Source of the DNA: Saccostrea echinata
Taxonomy: Eukaryota
Length of the DNA: 64,000 nt
Direction: 5' to 3'
Assembly: GCF_033153115.1 (NCBI RefSeq)
Contig: NW_026889778.1
Coordinates: 2,790,001-2,854,000, forward strand
The notes under the pieces: model-generated
What the model saw: the letters and a program-made list of their open reading frames with translations, nothing else
Databases searched by the model: none
What the model was told of the DNA's origin: nothing
Translations under genes and position numbers: made by a program
Part shown: in pieces, positions 40,416-52,200 of the stretch
Layout of the letters: every line of letters starts with the position of its first letter
Position numbering within the stretch: position 1 is the stretch's first letter

Positions 40416-41010
40416 TATTCCCTCTGCAACTCATTTGGTGTACAACCACTTGCTTAATACCTTGTGATTTATTAAGTAAGGGTTTATATTTTTCGTGACA
40501 AGAAAAATGCCTGCACATGTCCAATGTTTAAAGATACTTATTGTATTAACCATCTACTCTGTAATGACAGATACATGTATTATGATCCTTTTATACATAA
40601 TCGTCGTCAAAATGCAATATACCTTGTCATCTCTGATTTCCCGCGGACATGTGTGTCTATACATGTACGGTATACTGTCTACGCATTTCCTTCATCAATA
40701 TTCATGAAAAGGCTCTTGCTTAACTGTTTTTTTTTTTAATTACAATTACTTTATTAGTAAAATTTTGTGGAAAGTATATACATAATAAAACACAAAGCAC
40801 ACAGTCACAAAAAATCATATATGTATAAATCAACATTTATTGCACATTCCCAAAATGCTCAAGTTCTACTGACTAGTAAAGATTTTAAACAACCAATGGT
40901 ACTTGTACTTCTGTGTTGTGATTATTTATTGTAAAACAGTCACCAGAGCATTTGAGTCGGAGTCAAGTGAACGCAACATGTATGGACTAGTCCTCAGTCA
41001 CCTGGTTGGA

Positions 41011-42772
41011 CTAGTCCTCAGTCACCTGGATCTCTGAGTCTGACTCACTGTCACCAAACGTGTCCTCCGTCAGCCCAAAGTCACGTGACCTAGCGACTGC
41101 CATGGCAGCCAGACTGGAGGAGAACTGAAAGTTTGGACTCTGTGTTGTTAAGACTCCAATCCTTGGCACAGAGTTTGGAAAACTTCCTAATGAACAATCA
41201 ACAGATTCTTCTGAACCTGTTGTGAAAATCCTTTCTTTACAATGATTATCATTTTCAGTGTCTGTGTTTAGTCCACAGTCTAAATCACTTTCAGACTCAA
41301 CACTTTTTAACTGTTCAACAGCTAATTTACACTCATCACAACTCAAATCTTCTTCATGACAAAGCTCCTCATGTATGGGAACACCTTCATTTCCAGAAAC
41401 GCAGGATAAATCCAAGTTGGTATCTTCATGACTATCCTCATTTTCATAAATCCTCTCTATTAATTTCTGACCTACATGTACTTTCTGGTCTTCTGTTGTC
41501 ACATCTTTCCTCTGCTCGCTGTGATTCTCTGTGGTCGTGTGGCCATTCTTTCTTTCCTGGGCTATCCCCTCGCTGTGATTCTCTGTGGTTGCGTGGCCGT
41601 ACTTTCTCTCCTGGGCTATTTTCTCCCTCCTCCCCATCTCCCGGGCCCTCACAGAAATCACCGACTTAAGCTCGGTCAGTAACCGCAGGGCTTCCTGTTT
41701 CTCTTGCCTCTTCCTCTCCTGAAATATCCAACAAGACTGATAATTTGTCTCTTAAAATTTTCTAGATGTCAGAGTATTTAAATTTGTTGTTCACGTATGG
41801 AAGGTAATATTAATACAGGTCATATACATTTCTTTGTGCCTGACAGGAAAAATGTCTTTTACACTCTGGCATGAACTGATCATCTGCCATTTATAGAAAC
41901 AAAAGCATCTTTAACAATCAACAACCACTTCTACAATGACAATGCTAAATTGAGTTTTTACGTGGCAAACATTACGCCACAACTGGGTATTCATCCTGTG
42001 GGTTAAACAACTTCAATATAAAGTTGTTTTTGTACATGTGAAGTTTATTAACTTGATAGAGGAAAAGCTACCTTTTCTTCTGGAGTAAGATACTCATCCC
42101 AGCTATAATCTGGGTCATTTTCTGCTTCCTCATCAATGTAGGCTTCAAACACCTGAAACATGGATGCTATACATATATTTCTTTTTCAAAACAGTCAAAA
42201 TTTTTGTCAACAAATTTTATTTTGTGAAATGTAATATCTTGAACACAGCCATCTCCAATACCATGGATATGTCGAAGGGGGTTGGAAGTCTCAACCACTT
42301 TTCTTGAGTATTTTACTCTCACTATCTCTAAGTGGGTATCTCAAAGTTCTTCCTCGCTCCCATCAAGTTCAGTATAATGAGGTTTGACTGTACACCATAA
42401 CATTAATGTGTGATCTATGAAAGAATTTTGTTAACAAGGGCACAGAAATTGATATTGCTTTTTAAAGAACCACAAATAGTAATTGATTATCTCTGACATT
42501 CCTACCTCATCCTCTATAATTGGAGGACTGGTGTTAAACAGGTCCACAGGGGGTACGTGGATGGGGGTTTGAGTATGTTCTGTCTGTGGGGGAACCTCTT
42601 CAGTCCTTTCTGCTAGTCAACAAAAAACATCACAGCATGTATAAGAATTAAGAGTTAAAAACTAGGGACCGGCCTTTTAATGTACATTTTCATACTAAAT
42701 AATGAGCAAAACATTTTTTTACTTAAGAAAAGAGAAGGGTGGAGGGGAGGGGGGAGCCCTCCCCCCATCACT

Positions 42773-42808
<36 letters not shown>

Positions 42809-42853
42809 CACACTGGCTAGGCAAAAGCACACATCAGTTCAGTATTGAAAAGA

Positions 42854-42889
<36 letters not shown>

Positions 42890-43922
42890 GGCTCCTCCCT
42901 ATCCCAGGGGTCATCATTTGAACAAACTTGAATCTACACTACCTGAGGATGCTTCCATACCAATATGACTAAACATAGCTTTTCTGTTCTTGAGAAGAAA
43001 TATTTTTTCTATATGTTCTTATGTAAAACTTTCCATCCCCCATTGGGCCCCACCCTACCCCTGGGGGTCATCATTTGAACAAAATTGAATCTAAACTACC
43101 TGAGGATGCTTCCATATCAAAATGACTAAGCATGGTTTGCAGTTCTTCAGAAGAAGATATTTTCCTTTATATTTCTATGTAAAACTTTGATCCTCCATTG
43201 CAGCCCCGCCCTACCCCCGGGGGTCATGATTTGAACAAATTTGAATCTACACTACCTGAGGATGCTTCCATATAAATAAGACTCATCATGGCTTTGCTGT
43301 TCTTGAGAAGAAGATTTTTAAAGATTTTTCCTATATATTTCTATGTAAAACTTTGATCCTCCATTGCGGCCCCGCCCTACCCCCGGGGGTCATGATTTGA
43401 ACAAATTAGAATCTACACTACCTGAGGATGCTTCCATATAAATAAGACTCATCATGACTTTGCTGTTCTTGAGAAGAAGATTTTTAAAGATTTTTCCTAT
43501 ATATTTCTATGTAAAACTTTGATCCTCCATTGTGGCCCTGCCCTACCCCCGGGGGTCATGATTTGAACAAACTTGAATCTACACTACCTGAGGATGCTTC
43601 CATATAAATATGACTCATCATGGCTTTGCTTTTCTTGAGAAGAAGATTTTTAAAGATTTTTCCTATATATTTCTCTATGTAAAACTTTGATCCTTCACTG
43701 TGGCCCCACCCTACCCCCGGGGGTCATGATTTGAACAAACTTGAATGTACACTACCTGAAGATGCTTCCACAGAAGTTTCATCTTTCCTGGCCCTATGGT
43801 TCTTGAGAAGAAGATTTTTAAATAATGCATTTATTTTTTCACTAATTCTTAATTATCTCCCCTTGAAAGAGGGCATGGCCCTTCATTTGAACAAAATTGA
43901 ATCCCCTTCACCCAAGGATACT

Positions 43923-44007
<85 letters not shown>

Positions 44008-44018
44008 CCGGACAAAAT

Positions 44019-44065
<47 letters not shown>

Positions 44066-46170
44066 TACTATGGATTATTTCATTCATTCATCTAGACTAG
44101 AGTGAAGACTTTCAGCTATATACATGTACAAGGACTTCCAAAATCTTTCAACTGTCTGTCATTGTATACATACCCTGACATGACTCATTTTTGTACAGTA
44201 CATACTCTGACATGACTGGTATTTTGTACATACCCTGACATGACTGGTTTTTGTACAGTAAATACCCTGACATGACTGGTTTTTGTACAGTACATACCCT
44301 GACATGACTCATTTTCCTATAGTACATACCCTGATATGACTGATTTTTGTACAGTACATACCCTGACCTGACTGGTTTTTGTACAGTACATACCGTGACA
44401 TGGCTGGTTTTTGTACAGTACATACTCTGACATGACTCATTTTCATATAGTACATACCCTGACAAGACTGGTTTTTGTACAGTACATACCCTGACATGAC
44501 TGGTTTATGTACAGTACATACCCTGCCATGACTGGTATTTGTACAGTACATACCGTGACATGACTGGTTTTTGTACAGTACATACCGTGACATGACTGAT
44601 TTTTGTACAATACATACCCTGACATGGCTAGTTTTTGTACAGTACATACCCTGACATGAATGGTTTTTGTACAACTTGTTGAGCCGTTCTAATCCCTCTT
44701 CCCAGCATCCTTTGCACGCCAGTAGTTCCTGTTTGATTTGATCCCACAGAGCCTCTTGTGATTGGTTGTTTATAGTGTCTTGTTCAATCTCTGTATTCTG
44801 ATTGGCTGAATGCTTTATAAGGACTGACAGTTTTCTGACCCTGAGGTGTCAAGCAAAAAATTAAGATAAATAATGTCATTTCCTTCAAATTTTGTCAATG
44901 TAGTTTCTGGGGATGAATGCGATTTCTCACCATTGCTTTATTACAATTCATTTTTTTTTACTGAACCATATACATGTATTAAAACATACACATAATTACA
45001 CCAGTGTTTAACTACCATCCTCCCTGACTGGTATTCATTAATACCTCAATAAGGCTGCCTGTAAATGAAGGTCAAGGCTGTGGACTGCTATGTCAAGGTC
45101 ATTCATTTGACTGAGGTCAGATTTTTGCGGTTGTGTATCTGACAGAGTTGTCACACTGCTGTAATAACTGTGAAGGGTCCCCAGTTTTTGGATCCACCCC
45201 AGGACCTTCTCCAGAATACCTTGTGTCTCTGGGTGAACAGCGATACTTGGTGAATCTGAATTTTTGCAGGTAAACCCCATCAAAAATTTATTATGATTTT
45301 TTTAACACCCAAAAAGTTTACAATCTTTTTTAATTATCCACATTCAATTACTTTTTTTCAATACAATGAAATTTTTGGTTGTAATAAAGATGAGATACTA
45401 AATGAAATATAGCTTTGATTTTAATTACAAATATTCCTGTATGTAACCTGATGTGTGTTAACTTACCTACAGCCTGCAGTACACGCAGAATGACACACCT
45501 GCAGAACTCCGAGTACTGCATCCTACAGACATGATTAATTCCCTGTCATCAATAAAGGAATGTTGAAATATGTTAGACACCAACAAAATAAATATTTCAT
45601 TAATACAAAGATTATATGAATAGTAGAGATATGCATGAGTACATACCAATGAACAAAGACTTTTTCACTCCTTTAACTTTGTACTAAACTGACCCTACAT
45701 AAATGACTTTAGACAATTTTTTGGGTACTCATTCCCCTTGGTAGAATTATACTGAGGTATATTGTAGAGAAATCCAGTTTGTTTCTTATGATGCTGAAAA
45801 CATCTACACACCTTGATGGCTGATATAGAGAATCCATCTGTCACCTCCTCCAGGCGGGCCAGGGACACTGAGTTGTCCCCCTCCACCTGCAAACATGGAC
45901 CATACTCTTCTAAAGGAATGTGGGCCAGAAAATTAATGGAGCTATCCACCGGTAAAGGGTGTCTGTAAAATGTTATCATATAGAGTCAGGATCTGCTGGT
46001 AAAGGGTGTCTGTAAAATGTAATGATCTACAGTCAGGGTATCTGAGTGTAAAGGGTGTCTGTAAAATGCATTTAGAAACAGGAGCAGTCATGCCTGCAAA
46101 AATCGGTACAGGAGAAATCTAAAGTACCAACCACTGATACAGACAGTCATTATTCAAATGAAAATGGGTA

Positions 46171-46203
<33 letters not shown>

Positions 46204-49200
46204 TTAAGTCAGTATCATCATCTACATAAGTAATATTTTGCTGTAACCTGCACTTCATTTGAATTGTATGAATTTGCAAAAAAGAAAATCATTTGCTTCC
46301 AAAAATTTCCTACAATTTTCCAGGGTTCGAAATTACCAGTCGGCCATTCTCCATTTGCTGCCAATTTTTCATATGCATGGGCAACTTAAAATGACATTCA
46401 AATTGCCCACTTGGCAATTAGAAAATATTTCTTTTCCAATTTTGACAGAATGTTTTTTTATTTTTCTTTTGAAAAATTTCATAATCAGTGAAGTGCTTTA
46501 TAAATACTAGTAAGAAGATCATCTATTTAAGCATCCACAATGTGGCATCGACAGAGTCTGTAAACACAAGAAACCATAAACCACTGTTGTTATTTGTGAA
46601 TGAAAATGTGCCATGTTCTCTATATCTATTATTGAATAACCATATCGATCCTGTAACAGAAGAGTTTAATTGCAGATTTAGATAAGCCATGCATAATGTT
46701 AAAACTGATAGAAATGAATGAAAAATGTTTTTTTTTTATTTGTAAAAATCAAAGTTATAATAATTTATGGGCAAATAAATTTTGATGTAGGCCCATTGCA
46801 TTGCATGGTTAAGTAGCCCAAATGGCTAGCAAATATTTCAAGTCAGTTTTCTATTCAGCTTCTCTGTTTTACTAATATATTAAAGTAGATGAGAATATGT
46901 TATAACGAAGAAATTCACTTTAACCATTCATCACGCAGACCCCTGCCTCAGTAAAATTCACAAAATAGGCATACTGGCAGTATTAAAATTAATCATACGA
47001 AAAATATATTAAGGGTTGCCTTTAGCATCTGTTTAGATCATGACAAATGTTTTATTTTTGGCATGTACAATGTAAATATGAGCAAAAAGATTCAGGAGTG
47101 CAACAACTTTGAATTTTGAATAAAAAAAATGAGAATAAATAGAAACATCTTAAAGCAAATGTAACAGTCCAATCCCATCATTGAAAAACCCACAGTCAAT
47201 ATCCCTAAATGTTTGCCAGATTCACCTTGGGTTTCTGACAATATCCCTAGTACACAATACTAAACTGACAGATCAGTTAAGTGTCTTTTGGCTAAAATAT
47301 TGTCCACACTTAGTTTCTTACTGAGTGACAAGCTGACCAAGGCAAACTTTTATTAGTACCATTCAGTGCTTCTTAAGACTTACCCTGTCACTAACTGACC
47401 AGTCCAGTCTTCAGTAGTTATCATACAGTCCCTAGACATTACTGAGTGACCAACTGACCAGTCCAGTCTTCAGTAGTTATCATACAGTCCCTAGACATTA
47501 CTGAGTGACCAACTGACCAGTCCAGTCTTCAGTAGTTATCATACAGTCCCTAGACATTACTGAGTGACCAACTGACCAGTCCAGGCTTTAGTAGTTATCA
47601 TACAGTCCCTAGACATTACTGAGTGACCAACTGACCAGTCCAGTCTTCAGTAGTTATCATACAGTCCCTAGACATTACTGAGTGACCAACTGACCAGTCC
47701 AGGCTTCAGTAGTTATCATACAGTCCCTAGACATTACTGAGTGACCAACTGACCAGTCCAGTCTTCAGTAGTTATCATACAGTCCCTAGACATTACTGAG
47801 TGACCAACTGACCAGTCCAGTCTTCAGTAGTTATCATACAGTCCCTAGACATGACTTACTGAGTGACCAACTGACCAGTCCAGTCTTCAGTAGTTATCAT
47901 ACAGTCCCTAGACATTACTGAGTGACCAACTGACCAGTCCAGTCTTCAGTAGTTATCATACAGTCCCTAGACATGACTTACTGAGTGACCAGTTGACTGG
48001 TCCAGTCCTTAGATGCTTTCATACAGTCTCTACACATGACTTACTGAGTGACCAGTTGACTGGTCCAGTCCTTAGATGCTTTCATACAGTCTCTACACAT
48101 GACTTACTGAGTGACCAGTTGACTGGTCCAGTCCTTAGATGCTATCATACAGTCTCTACACATGATAAACAGCTGATGTCTCAGTTGTGGACACTGTCTC
48201 TGGTATCCCAGCATTCCATTCTGTTCCAATCGACACAGGGGACTTCTCTGGCTTATTCTTCAATATAAAATAAAATATCATTGCTCCGAGTAATTGTAAT
48301 TAACGTAGAACCTACGTCGTATGACGTCATACTGAGAAAATTAGTTTAGACTGTCTTTTTTGGTGCTAGATCCATTATGACGTCATAATTAATTTAATGT
48401 TACTTTTTCCCGTACTTTCTTCAAGAACGTCTCATGTAATGAAGTTACACAACTGTGATAATGTGAATGACATGCAAATATTTTGAAGGAAGTCAAAAAT
48501 CCTAAGAAATCTAAATAGTACAATATCTTGATGAAAAGTGTCTGAGTCAAAGATCTGTTAAAAATTGTGTGTAAATTTTGTAATGTCTATCATGAAATGA
48601 CGTGCATTCCCTTTCATAATTATTTGTTAATTATTCATAATGGTTGGTGTATAATAATAATGTTTCCTGAAAATATCTTTTTAAATAAAAAAATACATTT
48701 TTTGATAAATATTCACATTGTAAATCTGAACGTAACCCCAAAACAGTAATTTAATAATTAAATCCTGTGTAAGTGCAAAAAGGTCAACAAAAGAAGTATG
48801 GATAAATAGAGTGTTCTCATTCGTTTGCGGGGAAAGGTATATATTTTAATCACTTTTTGTAATTATTTGGGTGTGTTCTTCATCATATTAAAGATTGAAA
48901 ACATTCTGACAAAGACTTTAGAAAAATATTTACAAATTTAGGTGGTAAATTGACTCAAAAAATATTGAGCACATTTGCCTATATTCGTTGAAATGTGGAC
49001 TTAATCTTTTATGTCAATTGAATAAAAAAGAATTTATTCTTGAATAATATTGCTAAATTTGGTTCAGTTAATAAAGTCTATAAACGACGATGTTTGAAGA
49101 AGTATTTTTGTGATTTATTATATTCTCCTTATGACCAGTACCCCTAAAAATGGCTGAAAATATGTAGTCGCTGTGTAAAATTATCCTTCCAAGTTGCACA

Positions 49201-52200
49201 GACTGCACTACATTTAATAACGAAGAAACATACCATATATTTTTAACTGATTGATAAGCGAGAGCTAATTTATCATTTTGAAAAGTTTGAAAATCTTGTG
49301 ACAAAGACTTTTCCGACATAGGTTCTACCTTAATAGCGATTCTCTGTAACCACTTAAACTTCTTTGCCACGCATGGTCACCGATTTTGATAAAACTTTGC
49401 CCATTATTACAACTTGACATCAGAAACATATATCAAACGAAATTTTGTTGCTATGTGTCTTGGTTGCCATGGTAACAGCCAGAAAAGTTGAAAAAATGGA
49501 GATTTTCAGATTCTTTGAATCTTTATTAAGCCTTAATAAAGACTAAGAAAAACAAACAAACCATTCTCACAAAAACATGACACCTTGTTGCCATTTATGC
49601 TATAAAGAAACTATTTAGAATTTATCTCTAAGTAAGTGGTAACCATAGGTACATTTGGAATACATTTTAGATGCTGAAAAATGATGAAAAACGCTCATTA
49701 TTCACTAATTATAGATGTTACATGATCAAACTCAATCAACAACCAAAGAAAAACAATAAAACTATTTGACCTTAAGTAATTAGGTATTGGCAATATTATT
49801 CTAAAAATAACTTTCATGGTTGCCATGGTAACACAGTGTAACCATGCAAAATCTGTTGCTAAGATTGGGTTAATGCTACTATCTTGAGGAAATACAATAA
49901 AATTCATGACTGACACATATACATCCTTAGGACCTTGCAACACTGACAACATAAGAAAAATTGGGATTAATTCTTACTTTGCAGTGTAACCATGGAAACA
50001 ACGTACCAGTTGTTTAAAGTGATATTTTTGTGCTGCTTTAGGAATTTACTTACCGTTTAATCAAGAAACATATTATTTTACTCACCTTGAATAGTACTTA
50101 TCTCGTAGAACTAAAGCTGAATATCATATATTGATAAAGTTTGTTGAAAAATACAACACTGTTGCTATGGTTACCAAGAAGGGAAAATATTCGATTTTGT
50201 TACTTTTATATCAATATTAAATCCTATATGCCAGCTTTTTGCATCCAGTTAGAGATTGGGAAGTAGTCAAAATTGAAAGTCAGGTTAGTTGTTCATGTAT
50301 ATCAATCATAAAAGTTTTGGGAATCTACATACAAGGGTACGTATCCAAGGAAACAAAATATTTTTCAGATTTTTATGCATATTTTTTCGGCTAATTTCCA
50401 TAGCAACGCTCTATTTAAAGAACCGAATTTGAATTTTTTGAAATGTGAAAATTAGGGTGACACCAACGCCTTTAAAAATTGATCATCAGTTAAAATAGAA
50501 ATATGCTTTTTAAAAAGATAGGATAAGATTAAAACACAAAGAGAGTAAATTTAAAATCCCTTTGTGATATTAAAACCATGGCAACCATTGCCAACCTATA
50601 AGAAATATCATATTTCGTCCTTGGTATATGTTACATGGATCTCTTGTCTATTATTTGCTTGCATTTCAACCTATAATTGTTTTTATTCTTAAGTGTATGA
50701 CTTTATAAAATTAAAAGAACAAAATTATTACTTTTGAATACTTTGTTTCCATAGTAACGTATGTAATAGTTGATTTACCAAACATGTTTATCATGCATTT
50801 AAGACATCAGGCCTTCAACTTTCAGAAACAGTCATTGCCACTTGTTTGCTTTGCTGCAAATGTTAACTGTGGGACTCTGAACATGTTGAAAAATGCCAAT
50901 TTTCAAACTTTAGGACATGTTGCTATGGTAACCATGACATGTAGCAACCCATATTTGCCTGATTTGAGTTAAGGGTATCAAAGACTTTTATCATAGAGAG
51001 TTTGGAGAAATTCTGAGACTATGCGTGCCACAGCTCCTATATAAAAGTTAAAGTCATTACAGAGAATGGCTCTTAATATCTATTATACAGGCATCTGATG
51101 TAAGAATTCCTTGACTGTGATTATTCCTAGTCACTTCTATGTTTCTTCATTAGATTACTAAAAATAAATCATGTAAATTATTTGGGGCTAAGGCACCCGT
51201 GAAATCACATGTATCTGGCTCCAAAAACAACTATTTTTTTTCTCAAAAATGGGAAGGTTCAATTAAATCTTTAAATCTTTTTAAAATATGTTCCACAGGG
51301 TGAAATGTTGAAAGGCAATCATTGTCTAAGGACCAGATACACCATAATTGGATGAAATCTCTTACAGAGTGAAGCCCCTGGCTACCAGCTCTGATTCCTG
51401 GATCAGTCTCAGACACTTTCCAGTCCCTCTGAAGAACTCCTCCCCACAAGTTAACAGCTGGGTCACCTCCTGGTCCAGTCTCTCTAAAGTCCACTTACAC
51501 CATGCCAAGTAGAGGGCCTTCCCAATTAAATACAGGAAGTACACAGAGGTTATGATTGACATGGCATCAGTGATTTGTTTGTATTGGAAGGAGTAATCGG
51601 GCCACATCAATCTCCCAAAGAAGTACGATGAAAGGAGAGGAATGCATAACATCAAGTTTCTGGAAAAAAGAAAGTGCAAACTTACTGATTATTTTTTTTA
51701 CTGAAACTTTTACAAATGCAGAACAAAAAATATTAATGTAGAAATGTGATCTAATCATTATCAAAATAAATTACACTGTATACTTTAAGAAGTTTTAATA
51801 CATTTTTACATAAAAGCTTTTTTTTGTGTTTGCATGTTTCTTAGATATCTCATAAAAAATTGAAGTGACTGATGAAGGGTTTACCATTTATGATAAATAT
51901 TTTTCTTGGATGATGAATATTTGATGACAGAGCTTAGATGTAAATGAATGTACCTTTACATATTGGTTGGGGATGGACGTTAGGATGTTCATTTATATAC
52001 ACTAAGATGTCTTGGAGCTGAGTTTTAGATGTTAATGCACATAAATTTAGATGTTAAAGAAAATTTTTTGTCAGATGATCTTGCATGTACATTTAAATGC
52101 TGTGACACAGTAACACAAGGATGTATCTTAATGTACATTTAGATGTTGACGAAAATAAAACCTGGAATGTTGATGCATTGTTGATGAAGAATTTCATGGG

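Noticed and set aside
42856-42890. Long poly-G runs (also 2284, 3262, 18903, 60775) as G-quadruplex signals
   Set aside because: Homopolymers are frequent throughout this window, often inside TEs, and their length is unreliable.
46321-46850. CAGGG-terminated hAT-like element
   Set aside because: The right terminus is too degenerate and no TSD was found.
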